From positions 11,386 to 75,385 of the forward strand of contig JAZOAC010000164.1 of assembly GCA_045595285.1 (NCBI GenBank): a stretch of DNA of 64,000 nucleotides, given 5' to 3'. The notes below the pieces were generated by a model. The model was not told where the DNA came from and made no database searches. It was given only the letters and a program-made list of their open reading frames with translations. The position numbers were made by a program, and so were the translations under genes. This stretch comes from Kiritimatiellia bacterium (lineage in GTDB: Bacteria > Verrucomicrobiota > Kiritimatiellia > RFP12 > UBA1067). This document shows, piece after piece, positions 29,346 to 38,471 of this stretch (positions are counted from its first letter, which is position 1; each line of letters opens with the position of its first letter).

Positions 29346-31694
29346 TCATCTGAGTCTGTGCCTTGTTATCACCTCATCCTGCCAGCGCTTCGACAGAGAA
29401 ACAAATCTCGCCGAAAATCCGCACACACGCACAATGAGATCCTGATGGCGCTCGGGATGCTTCTGCGCGTCGAGCAGCTCCTCCACCGAATTGCAGTTCG
29501 GCTGCAGAAGATGCGAGCCATTCTTCGCGAACACCCGAATGACCGTAGCCATAAGGCCGGGGGTCATTACGCTGCCGTCGAAGGTGAGATTGGCGTTGCT
29601 CTGGTACAGGCATTCGTTCGGCAGCCGGCCAAGCGCCCCCATGACCGCCGTCACCCCTTCCTTGCAGCGGAACTCGCTTGGAGAAAGGCCTTGCGCGAGC
29701 CTATCGCCGCTGTGGCGGCCGTCGGGAGTCGCCTTGGTTTTCAGACCCCAGTATAGGAACTCGCGATAGGCAAAAGCACCGAGCTTGTAGCTGCCGCCCA
29801 TGTCCGTCTTCACGCCTTCTATGTCAGCATGCGTCCGTTTGATGAGCCAGGACATCAGCGAAACGGAGGCGTCGGAATTGTCGCCCCAGTACGGCGCGTC
29901 CATCGCGAGCATCCTGAGCCGCTCGCCCTTCTCGCCGCTCCAGTTCGAGCGTACCGCGTCAAGGAACTCGCGCACGCTGCACACCTTGTCCCGGAAGCAC
30001 ACCTTTTCGATGGAGAGAAGCGAATCGACTACGTTGCCGATGAACGCCAGCGTTATCTCGCGCGGTCTCTGGCGTCCAGTAAGGCCGCCATCCGTCGTGT
30101 CGCGCCGGGATGACACGCCGCCGACCATGCACATCGAATACACGGGATGCGGGAACACGCTCGCCGAAGAACGCCCGTACCGAGTGTAGTCGCCGATGAC
30201 GTCCCGGAAGAAACGGATGTGGTTCCTGTACACTATCTCCTTCAGCTCATCCATGTCCCTTGCGCCGTCAAGCGGCTCCATCGACAGGCGGCATTTCCGC
30301 CTGACGTCCGGATCGTCGTGGATCGCGAGGGCAAGCACCTTCGCCATGTTCATGTAGTTCGAGCTGTCGACGTCCTGCATGGAATCCACTAATCCGGTCC
30401 AGCATCCGCAGCCGATGTACTCGCGCGCATCTTCTACGGCGAAGCCCTCGTCGGCGAACTGCTTTATGAAGCGCTTGTCGTTGAACAGCGTAAAAGCGGC
30501 ATGCCCCTTGCAAAGCATCCTGCCAATATGCTCTAGATACGGCTGCGGGGAATCCGGCGCCACGCGGCAGTGGAGCTTGGGATAGACGCAGCGGCAGCCG
30601 ATGTGCGCATCAAGGAACATTCTCGTCAGCTCGTTGTACACCGGCTTCCCCTCCATGTCGCATCCGCCAAGCGTGACGTGAATCTCCACCTCCTGGTCGT
30701 TGTTCGCATCCAGCATCCGCATGTCGTCGTAGTGGCAATGCGCGGTGATGAGGAACTTCGCCACAAGGTCGCGCGCCCCCGCCTCGGTCAGCGTGCCAGC
30801 CGCGATCTCCCTGCGGTACGCATCAATGAACCAGGAGTCGGGGCGCCCAAGCGAAAAGATGTTCACGCCGTCCACATAACCGACGATCTCCCGCACGAAC
30901 CACAGGGTGTTCAGCGATTCGTAGAACGTGCGCGGCGGCTCCCACGGGCAGCGGGCCGATGCCTCGACCATGCGCGTGTCGCCCATCGCCTTCGCCGCCT
31001 CATGGAACTTGAGCTGGATCTGGCGTATGGTCTCAAGGCCGACGAGGGCGGTTTCAAGCTCCTTGCGCCCCTTCGCGTCATCCGCCGGGCATTTCTCAAG
31101 CGCGGCGGCGACTTCGTCGCGGACGCCTTTGAATCCGAGCTTGAGGATTCTGCGCATCGGCGGCACATGGTGCAGGTCATCGACGAACGGCCCGCAGATG
31201 ACCACCAGATTGTTCCGGCGGCGATGGCTGAGCGTCTCGAACGCCTCATCCGGAACGAGGCCCTTCTCCTTATAGAACTTCCAGCACAGCTTGTTCACGA
31301 TCCGTGCCGGACGCTTCCCGCCCCAACCGCCGTTCACTCCGGCCTCGAAGTAGAACGGCGATTCCGTGAACAGGAACGGCACAAAGTGCCTGCGCATCGC
31401 CATGTAGCATTCGCGGCGGACGTCGAGCGCGTCGTAGTCCGGATGTGCAGCACACCATGCCTTCAGGTCTTTCTCTATCTTCCCGTAGCTCTCCGCCGAA
31501 CGCGGATCCTTGACGACATCGCGATTCCCCTGCCCCCAATCGGGATAGAACGCGCGCAGCTGTTTCCTGAGCGCCGCGTAGTCCGCCGCCCGGAACGGAT
31601 TCGACGCAGCGTCGCCAGCAAACGTTCTGCGAACCGCCGCCAGGCTCGCCAGCGCGGCGGACCCTCCGATAAACGCTTTTCTCGTAAGTTGCAT
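29346..31694 (-). CDS. Glycyl radical enzyme (PFL-like superfamily) with Tat-like N-terminus
   Basis: PPRTFYESL, SLGRPD, VTLGG, KATPDGR, C-terminal LLDAQKHPERHQDLIVRVCGFSARF; N-terminus MQLTRKAFIGGSAALASLAAVRRTFA. Confidence 0.9.
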   Translation of the reverse strand: MQLTRKAFIGGSAALASLAAVRRTFAGDAASNPFRAADYAALRKQLRAFYPDWGQGNRDVVKDPRSAESYGKIEKDLKAWCAAHPDYDALDVRRECYMAMRRHFVPFLFTESPFYFEAGVNGGWGGKRPARIVNKLCWKFYKEKGLVPDEAFETLSHRRRNNLVVICGPFVDDLHHVPPMRRILKLGFKGVRDEVAAALEKCPADDAKGRKELETALVGLETIRQIQLKFHEAAKAMGDTRMVEASARCPWEPPRTFYESLNTLWFVREIVGYVDGVNIFSLGRPDSWFIDAYRREIAAGTLTEAGARDLVAKFLITAHCHYDDMRMLDANNDQEVEIHVTLGGCDMEGKPVYNELTRMFLDAHIGCRCVYPKLHCRVAPDSPQPYLEHIGRMLCKGHAAFTLFNDKRFIKQFADEGFAVEDAREYIGCGCWTGLVDSMQDVDSSNYMNMAKVLALAIHDDPDVRRKCRLSMEPLDGARDMDELKEIVYRNHIRFFRDVIGDYTRYGRSSASVFPHPVYSMCMVGGVSSRRDTTDGGLTGRQRPREITLAFIGNVVDSLLSIEKVCFRDKVCSVREFLDAVRSNWSGEKGERLRMLAMDAPYWGDNSDASVSLMSWLIKRTHADIEGVKTDMGGSYKLGAFAYREFLYWGLKTKATPDGRHSGDRLAQGLSPSEFRCKEGVTAVMGALGRLPNECLYQSNANLTFDGSVMTPGLMATVIRVFAKNGSHLLQPNCNSVEELLDAQKHPERHQDLIVRVCGFSARFVSLSKRWQDEVITRHRLR

Positions 31695-31695
31695 A

Positions 31696-32469
31696 TCAAT
31701 CCACCTTTGAAGTTATCCGCTGACAGTCGCCGATGACCTTTTCAGTGAAGCGCCGTCTGCCCGTCTTGTTAAGAAAAAGAGAAGTCGCGTACAGGCGATC
31801 ATCCTGAAATCCGCCGTCGCTCCAATAATCAAGAAACTTTACGTCAGCCCCCTTCGTGACATCGCGGATAAAATCGTAAACGTATGCCTTCATAAAGGAA
31901 TCGGGGAACAGACCGCGCAGGCACTTCGCCGCCGGCGGCAACACGAGCACAGGCCTCAGGCCCTCTTGTCTGCACCAGCCGACGAAGTCGCGCATTCGCG
32001 CCACGTTGGCGGAATATGCCGTGCGGTTCGTCTCCGTCATCGGGTCTGCATAATCATGTATGGAGAACTCCTTCTTCCAGCCCCTGTCGAGCCTGCTGGC
32101 GTATCCAGCCATCGCCTTTTCGTCAGGCATGCCGTCGAACTGAAGAAGCGGATGCGACGCGGCGCTGGGTTTGAGATCGTACGACTCAGGCAGAACGGAC
32201 GAGAAGAGGCAGATCGGAATTATGACGTATGCGCCGCACGCGAGCTCCTTTCGCTTCGACTTGAGAATGGCGACACCGCGACGCAGACTCTGCGGAGAAC
32301 CTGCAAGATTGAGGCCTTGCACGCCTGCAGACTCCCAATCAAACGCGAAAAGACCCGACTTGGAGCCGACGTTGACCCACTGCGCGAGATCCGCCCCTGC
32401 GCGAGCCGCGCCCGGGATAAGGCATATCGCCAGGATGAAAACCGCTACCCAAAAAAATCGCTTCTTCAT
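31696..32469 (-). CDS. Exported hypothetical protein, SGNH-like fold
   Basis: Signal peptide; VNVGS, GLNLA, VLVLPP, FLNKTG (no catalytic His apparent). Confidence 0.55.
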   Translation of the reverse strand: MKKRFFWVAVFILAICLIPGAARAGADLAQWVNVGSKSGLFAFDWESAGVQGLNLAGSPQSLRRGVAILKSKRKELACGAYVIIPICLFSSVLPESYDLKPSAASHPLLQFDGMPDEKAMAGYASRLDRGWKKEFSIHDYADPMTETNRTAYSANVARMRDFVGWCRQEGLRPVLVLPPAAKCLRGLFPDSFMKAYVYDFIRDVTKGADVKFLDYWSDGGFQDDRLYATSLFLNKTGRRRFTEKVIGDCQRITSKVD

Positions 32470-32480
32470 AACAACGCCCC

Positions 32481-33851
32481 TTATGGTTTCGACCTGAAGT
32501 CTTTAGAGCGAAAGAGCGGCTCAACGCGGCGAAGCGACTCCATATATTCGGATATCTTCACCAGTTCCTTTTGAATATTGAACTGCCATTGAGGACACTT
32601 CTTTTCACAGCGCGCACAGCCGATGCAGCGTTCCGCTCCTCTGAATGTGCCGAATCGCTTTCCGTAGTCGGCAAGAAACTTGAGCCTTGCCTCGTGGTCG
32701 CCGGGATCGGTAAGAGACGGCAGACGACTCCACTTGAGCTTCATGTTCCACCAGTGGAATATACCCACGATATCTACGCCGTATGGACATGGCATGCAGT
32801 ATCCGCACCCGGGGCAAGGCACGCCCTCTCCGCCGCCGGAATTGATCTTGATCGCCTCAAGATAAGACGATACCTCCTCCTGCGACAGCGGCTTATACCC
32901 CTTCTCGTTGAAGATGGAGATGTCCTCTTTCAAATGTTCAAATCGCGTGAATCCGGTCATCGCCGTCATCACGCCCTCGCGCTCGGCCGCGAACTTAAGC
33001 GACCACGCGGCATCAGTAAGGCCCGGTCTTGCCTTGGCGAGATGCTCTTTAGCCGCGGGCAGCATATTCGCAAGACGTCCTCCGGCGAGCGATTCCATGC
33101 CGACGGCCGGAATGCCCTTCGCGCGCAGTTTGGAAAGAAGCGACTCGGATCTGTTGGGCCCGCGCCAGTCGATGCCGTTTACAAGTATCGTCACCACATC
33201 CCACTGCTGCGTCTCCAAGAGATAGTCCATGAAATCCTCACGGCCATGGAACGAAAATCCGAAATGACGGATGCGCCCCTTCGCCTTCTCTTCGCGGAAG
33301 TAGTCGATCGCTCCGGTCTTAACGAACGTCTTTATGTAATCCTCCTGATGGACGAGCGAATGAAGCATATAAACGTCGAAATACCCAAAGCGCGTGCGCT
33401 CAAGCTGTTCCTTGAAGATACGCTTGGCGTCGGCGAGGCTTGATATATCCCATGGCGGCGCCTTGGTGCAGAACCAGAACGACTCCCTCGGATAGCGCGA
33501 GAGAGCGTGCCCGAAGAAGCGCTCGCTGTCGCCGCCATGATAGTGGTAGCCGCTGTCAAACCAGTTGATGCCGTGGGCAAGCGCGTAATCGACGTACTTG
33601 GTCGCGGTTGGGTAGTCCACGGGATCCATCTGATTTCTGAGTCTGCCTGTAGCAACCGGCAGTCTGACCCCGCCAAAACCTATAATGGAGACCTTGCGTT
33701 TGGGGTCGAGCGGCGACGGACGCTGTATGACGAACTCTCCCGGATTCTGATCAGGCAGCGCATCGTCCTTCGCCACCGCAGAAGCCGCCGCGAGCGGCAC
33801 CGTCGCGCCGATCGCCTTCGCAAACTCTCTTCTCGTGACCGCCATACTCAC
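32481..33851 (-). CDS. Aldo/keto reductase with C-terminal 4Fe-4S dicluster, Tat signal
   Basis: TRREF; IGFGGVRLP, GINWFDSGYHY, GRIRHFGFSFH; CPGCGYCMPCPYG and CIGCARCEKKCPQ. Confidence 0.9.
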   Translation of the reverse strand: MSMAVTRREFAKAIGATVPLAAASAVAKDDALPDQNPGEFVIQRPSPLDPKRKVSIIGFGGVRLPVATGRLRNQMDPVDYPTATKYVDYALAHGINWFDSGYHYHGGDSERFFGHALSRYPRESFWFCTKAPPWDISSLADAKRIFKEQLERTRFGYFDVYMLHSLVHQEDYIKTFVKTGAIDYFREEKAKGRIRHFGFSFHGREDFMDYLLETQQWDVVTILVNGIDWRGPNRSESLLSKLRAKGIPAVGMESLAGGRLANMLPAAKEHLAKARPGLTDAAWSLKFAAEREGVMTAMTGFTRFEHLKEDISIFNEKGYKPLSQEEVSSYLEAIKINSGGGEGVPCPGCGYCMPCPYGVDIVGIFHWWNMKLKWSRLPSLTDPGDHEARLKFLADYGKRFGTFRGAERCIGCARCEKKCPQWQFNIQKELVKISEYMESLRRVEPLFRSKDFRSKP

Positions 33852-34450
33852 GACCTCCCTTCAACAATCATCGCCGCCTTCGGACGCGCCGGGCAGAAAA
33901 ACTCACATGCGCCGCACCCCATGCACTTGTCGGCGTCCACCTTCGGAATCTTCGGCTTAGACGAGGGTGCGTCTTTATTCTCCACAAGGGAAATCGCTCC
34001 GGTCGGGCAATGGCGCGAACACGCGTTGCAAATGTCCTTACCGGTCGCCGCCACACAGCGCTCGCTATGCCATACGGCGATGCCCGTGCGAAGAAGCTTC
34101 TTGCCTTCCGGCGTGAGATCGCGCTTGATCGCCCCCGCCGGACACGCCTCGGCGCAAAGATTGCACTCGGGGCGACACCATCCGTACCGGAAGTCTAGCG
34201 CAGGGCGTGCGAAATGCCCGGCTTTCGATGAAGGACGCAGAATGCCTGATGGACACGCGCTTATGCATTTCATACATCCAACGCACCGGGTCCTGAACGT
34301 GGCCGCATCCTCCGCGCCAACAGGAACCGGCAAGCGCCGCTTCTCGTCGGCCGACGCCTCGGCGTAACTCACCTCACCCATTTTTCTGTCGCGAAGTACA
34401 TAGACGTAAGCGTCTCCCGCCGCCAACATGATAAAACTACGCAAAGTCAT
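33848..34450 (-). CDS. NapG/MauM-like polyferredoxin (4Fe-4S)
   Basis: Four Cys clusters: CVGCMKCISACP, CRPECNLCAEACP, C..CNACSRHCP, CMGCGACEFFCP; ATGA overlap with upstream gene. Confidence 0.85.
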   Translation of the reverse strand: MTLRSFIMLAAGDAYVYVLRDRKMGEVSYAEASADEKRRLPVPVGAEDAATFRTRCVGCMKCISACPSGILRPSSKAGHFARPALDFRYGWCRPECNLCAEACPAGAIKRDLTPEGKKLLRTGIAVWHSERCVAATGKDICNACSRHCPTGAISLVENKDAPSSKPKIPKVDADKCMGCGACEFFCPARPKAAMIVEGRS

Positions 34451-35196
34451 CGCCATTTCAAAGCCTCCTTCCGGCACGAGCCTTTACAGTTGAGGCAAAC
34501 CACGCACTTTGAGTGGTCGACGACAACGGATCTGTCGCCACGAATCTGTATCGCTCCTTTGTCGCAAGCTTTCGCGCAAAGCCCGCACTTAACGCATTTG
34601 CCGGCGTCGATTCGCGGACGAAAGAGCGCAAAGCGCGAAAAGAGCCCGAGAAACGTCCCTACAGGGCACATCTGATTACACCACCAACGCGCACGGAATG
34701 CCGTCATAATCAAAATGAACGAGAACAGCGCCAACGCCCAGACGACAAGCGCGAGCGACGCATCGCCTTCACGCAGCACTCCCAGCGAAAGAAACCGCCC
34801 GAAGATTCCGTATGGCGCGATCAACCCAGTAAAGCCCAAAATGGCGGCGATTATAAAAAGCGCCAGCACGACGTAGCGCACCCACCCTACGATTCGCAAA
34901 CTTTTCAGGCGAAGAAACTTTAACGGCGTGCGCGCCACATCCTGCGCGATGCCCAGCGGGCAGATGAGCGCGCAATAGGCCCGAGCGAAAAGCGCCACCG
35001 ATATCGCTATCAGCGCCAGCACCGTAATCTCGAGCGACATCACCGCAGGGATGAATTGCGCCCTAGGAAGCCATCCGAACGAAACGCATATCCACGCAGT
35101 GGGCATGACAAACAACAATGTCATCGCAATTAGCGACAGTATCGCTGCTATCCTAACCAACAAGGCGGCTGCGCCTAAAAAATATTCTCGCTTCAT
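34447..35196 (-). CDS. NapH/MauN-like membrane 4Fe-4S protein
   Basis: Multiple TM segments; RAYCALICPLG and RWWCNQMCPVG; two CxxCxxCxxxC motifs. Confidence 0.85.
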   Translation of the reverse strand: MKREYFLGAAALLVRIAAILSLIAMTLLFVMPTAWICVSFGWLPRAQFIPAVMSLEITVLALIAISVALFARAYCALICPLGIAQDVARTPLKFLRLKSLRIVGWVRYVVLALFIIAAILGFTGLIAPYGIFGRFLSLGVLREGDASLALVVWALALFSFILIMTAFRARWWCNQMCPVGTFLGLFSRFALFRPRIDAGKCVKCGLCAKACDKGAIQIRGDRSVVVDHSKCVVCLNCKGSCRKEALKWR

Positions 35197-35348
35197 GTTT
35201 TAGGAGTATATCACAAATTTCTTTTGAAGGGAACGGGGGTAAGCGGTTAGTCGGCTGTGCAACTGCATTTTTGTTTCTCCTTCTTGACCAGTCCCATCCA
35301 CAACGTACGGACGCCCGTACTACTATTGCAGATGCAAATTAATCTCAT

Positions 35349-36287
35349 TCATCCGATGGCGTCTTTGCAATACGCGCGAGACACATCAACTTCGCGCACC
35401 GCGTCGGATGTGGCGGGAATGTCGTATTCAAGCTCGATGTCGCACGGGAAGCGATAGCCTTCCTTCTGCATCAGCGCAAACAGCCCCTTAAGCGGCGTAT
35501 CTCCCTTGCCGAACGCGAGGTTCTTCTGCCCGTTCGCCTTGGACGTGCGGTCCTTCAGGTGTACGGAAAAGATTCGGTCATGGTATTTCTTGACGAACGC
35601 AAGCGGATCGTCGTCATTGGCCGCGACATAATGGCCGATATCGAAGTTGATCATGAACTTCGGAGACCAGTCGAGCAGCGGGCCGTCGTATGTAGTGGCG
35701 TTGATCTGAAGATGGTTGTGAAACGCGACTGCGATATCGTACTTCTCGGCGAGCTTGGCAATACGCAGCGCCATCGGTTTCCAATCGGCAATCGTCTCCG
35801 GCTTGGGAATTTCGCGGGTAATCGCTTTCGCACCCATGATTTTCGCCACCTTGAAGCAGTATTCCAATTCTGCATCAGGCTGCGTCATATAACTTCCCAG
35901 AATACCGAATTTAACGATGTGAGCATTTATTCCGGCGGCATCGTACTTCTCGCGCACCGCCTTGAAGGAGTTGATGTCCACAGTCTTGCGCCATTCAGCG
36001 ACGCGCAACTTTTCTTCTCTGGTCATCTTCCACAACAGCTTGGGCACGGGAGCACCTGCGTCAAGTTCAAGGTCGTTGCACATCAGCTCGATTTCACTTA
36101 GACCCGAATCCTTGGTATATTCAATAGTTTTGAATGGACCAAAGGGCATAGTGCGGTAGGAGTAGGTGATAACTCCGATCGGAATGCCCTGATAAATCGA
36201 ACCGCACTGATTGGCGGCAAACGGGCATGAGCAACCGCCGGCGACGAGCGCCGCGCTCTGAATCAAAAAGTCACGTCTGTTAATCAT
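35349..36287 (-). CDS. Sugar phosphate isomerase/epimerase TIM barrel, Tat lipoprotein
   Basis: NRRDFL...AGGC; GVITYSYR, FHNH, FDIGH, HLKDR, IELEY. Confidence 0.85.
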   Translation of the reverse strand: MINRRDFLIQSAALVAGGCSCPFAANQCGSIYQGIPIGVITYSYRTMPFGPFKTIEYTKDSGLSEIELMCNDLELDAGAPVPKLLWKMTREEKLRVAEWRKTVDINSFKAVREKYDAAGINAHIVKFGILGSYMTQPDAELEYCFKVAKIMGAKAITREIPKPETIADWKPMALRIAKLAEKYDIAVAFHNHLQINATTYDGPLLDWSPKFMINFDIGHYVAANDDDPLAFVKKYHDRIFSVHLKDRTSKANGQKNLAFGKGDTPLKGLFALMQKEGYRFPCDIELEYDIPATSDAVREVDVSRAYCKDAIG

Positions 36288-36315
36288 TGTTTGTTTCCTT
36301 TTTTAATGATGGGCA

Positions 36316-36427
36316 TGAGAGATGAGAAGTGAGACGTGTAAGACAGGTGAGACAAGTAGGACTTATCTCGCTTACAAATGACTCTTCCCTCATTACTCAT
36401 CACTCATTACTCATTACTCATTACTAC
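36316..36427. repeat. Intergenic 7-/9-bp repeats with hairpin
   Basis: TGAGAGA/TGAGAAG, GTAAGACAG/GTGAGACAA stem-loop, then CTCATTA/CTCATCA x5. Confidence 0.65.
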
Positions 36428-36442
36428 CAACTAACCCCTAAC

Positions 36443-38455
36443 TCACTTCCACATCTTTTCCGGAGAGAGGAAGTACCAGCCGGGAACGCCGTTGAGCGAA
36501 ATCACATGATTTTCAATCCGGCATTTCTTCGGCGGATCGAGCTGAAGCGTCCACAAGCCGCTCTTCGGATTGTCGACACGTGCATAGCGAAGACCGATCA
36601 CCGGCTCGAATTCGTATGCCACATTGCCGTCGGGATCGCAGAAACGCGCATTGAGCGCTTCGCGTCCGTCGCCGTAATATGCCGCCGTAAAAGCCTTCAC
36701 CCCTTCCGCCACGTTGGCGTACAGCTTTGCGCCCTTGAACCCTTTGACGGGATTTTTAATTCCAAGAAGCCCAACGCGCCCCTTTGTGGCATCAATGGCA
36801 ATGGGCACATTGAACGACACAACCGCCGCCGAACACGCCGAGCGCATTCTGATTTCATAGAAGCCCGTCTCCGGCACCGTGAACTTGAGCGGCACCTTCT
36901 CACGCGAAAACGTTTTCCGATAGATCATCGAATTCATGTCGTCATACTTGCCCACCTGGAACATGCCTTTCGGCTTGACCCCGGTGCGCGTTTTGACGAG
37001 GAAATTGATCGCCACATCCTTGCCCTTTTCGGCATGGAAAACATATCGCGTATAGAAGCGCTTTTTGGTCGGAGTGCGAACAAACACCGGATCGCACTGA
37101 ATGGCCGCCCCCGGAGCGGCATCAATGATTTTCACCTTGGAGAGATCCGCCTTCACGCGACGGACGATTTCTTTGGTCTCGCACGGCGTAAAGGGCGTAT
37201 TCTTCTCGCGCCAGGCTGAATCGAGCGTATGCGAAGCTGTCTTGCCTTCGGCCTTGACCGTCACCTTGCCGCAAAGCCGCGTCGGCTCGCCCTTGTACGG
37301 CTGCGGCTTGTCGCACACATCCAACCAATTGCGTGCCTTGCCCTGACGGATCGTAACGTTCCTGAAATCAACCACATACGGCTCATAGCCGTCGTGTCCG
37401 GTAACGCAAACCGACACATCCGCATCATCAGGCTTGTCGACGCCGCAGTTGTCGATAAGGCAGTTCTCCATCACGAAGCTGCCGGACGAGAGCGGACGGT
37501 TGAAAATCGAAACGGCCTGTCTCCCGCTGCGCACGAACGAACAGTTCTTGAGAACGACATCGCTTTCGCGATACGGAATCTCCGCATCATATCCGCTCTT
37601 GCGGCCGAACGCGCCATGATATGTAAAGCCATGTCCTGCATCGTCGATCGAACGGCAGTTTTCGAAAGTGATCGAAACTTTCGCCGACTCGGAATTGAAA
37701 TAGTTCGGTACAATGCAGTAGCCGGAAGACGCGTTGTTGGTGGTGAGGCAGTTGCGCATCACGATATTCACCATCTTCTCCCCGTCGCCGTTCGGTTCGA
37801 AGTCGATCCCGGCCATCGGCGGAGTACCCTTTGTGTTGGACATGACCACATTTTCGATCAAAAGATTGACCGCGGAAATGACGCTTATGCCCTGACGGTA
37901 GTTCTTGTCGAACACGCAGTTGCGCACCACCACATTGCGGCAAGGATCGGTATTGCGCCCGAGATTGGAAATGTACAGTCCGTCGCCGCCCGATTCGTTA
38001 GCCGAAATCCCTTCAATGAGCACATCTTCGCACGAGTTGACGGAAATCGCCATGCGGTGCTCGGAATGCTTATAGAGATTCGTGCTGGCGTAGTCATCGC
38101 GCCACATCTTAAGCCCGCACTTTTCGGCACCGGCGCCGATGAGCTTCACGCCCTTGCACTGCTTGAAAACGAGCAGAGAATCCACATGACCGTGAAATTC
38201 GCCGCGCTTCGCGACGAGCCAGGCGCCGTCCTCAAACCGGATCGTCTTGTTGCCGTTCGTGCAGAGAAGCGGAGTTGCAATCCACGGCGTATCGCGCTTG
38301 TCGAGAATAAGCTCCTGTTCATTGGAATTAAGCGCAGCCTGAAGAAAACGGGTGGAATCGGCGGCATCAAAACCGAACTTCTCCGAAATCTTCACCCCCG
38401 CACCAAACGCCGCAAACACGGCGACGCTGCAGCCTGCCAACAGTATTTTTTTCAT
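36443..38455 (-). CDS. Exported right-handed parallel beta-helix protein
   Basis: DSTRFLQAAL, ESGGDGLYI, NYRQGISVIS, GTPPMAGIDFEPN. Confidence 0.8.
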   Translation of the reverse strand: MKKILLAGCSVAVFAAFGAGVKISEKFGFDAADSTRFLQAALNSNEQELILDKRDTPWIATPLLCTNGNKTIRFEDGAWLVAKRGEFHGHVDSLLVFKQCKGVKLIGAGAEKCGLKMWRDDYASTNLYKHSEHRMAISVNSCEDVLIEGISANESGGDGLYISNLGRNTDPCRNVVVRNCVFDKNYRQGISVISAVNLLIENVVMSNTKGTPPMAGIDFEPNGDGEKMVNIVMRNCLTTNNASSGYCIVPNYFNSESAKVSITFENCRSIDDAGHGFTYHGAFGRKSGYDAEIPYRESDVVLKNCSFVRSGRQAVSIFNRPLSSGSFVMENCLIDNCGVDKPDDADVSVCVTGHDGYEPYVVDFRNVTIRQGKARNWLDVCDKPQPYKGEPTRLCGKVTVKAEGKTASHTLDSAWREKNTPFTPCETKEIVRRVKADLSKVKIIDAAPGAAIQCDPVFVRTPTKKRFYTRYVFHAEKGKDVAINFLVKTRTGVKPKGMFQVGKYDDMNSMIYRKTFSREKVPLKFTVPETGFYEIRMRSACSAAVVSFNVPIAIDATKGRVGLLGIKNPVKGFKGAKLYANVAEGVKAFTAAYYGDGREALNARFCDPDGNVAYEFEPVIGLRYARVDNPKSGLWTLQLDPPKKCRIENHVISLNGVPGWYFLSPEKMWK

Positions 38456-38471
38456 TTCTTGTTATCTTTCC

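Noticed and set aside
29346-31694. Calling the GRE pflB
   Set aside because: Lacks the adjacent Cys-Cys motif of true pyruvate formate-lyase
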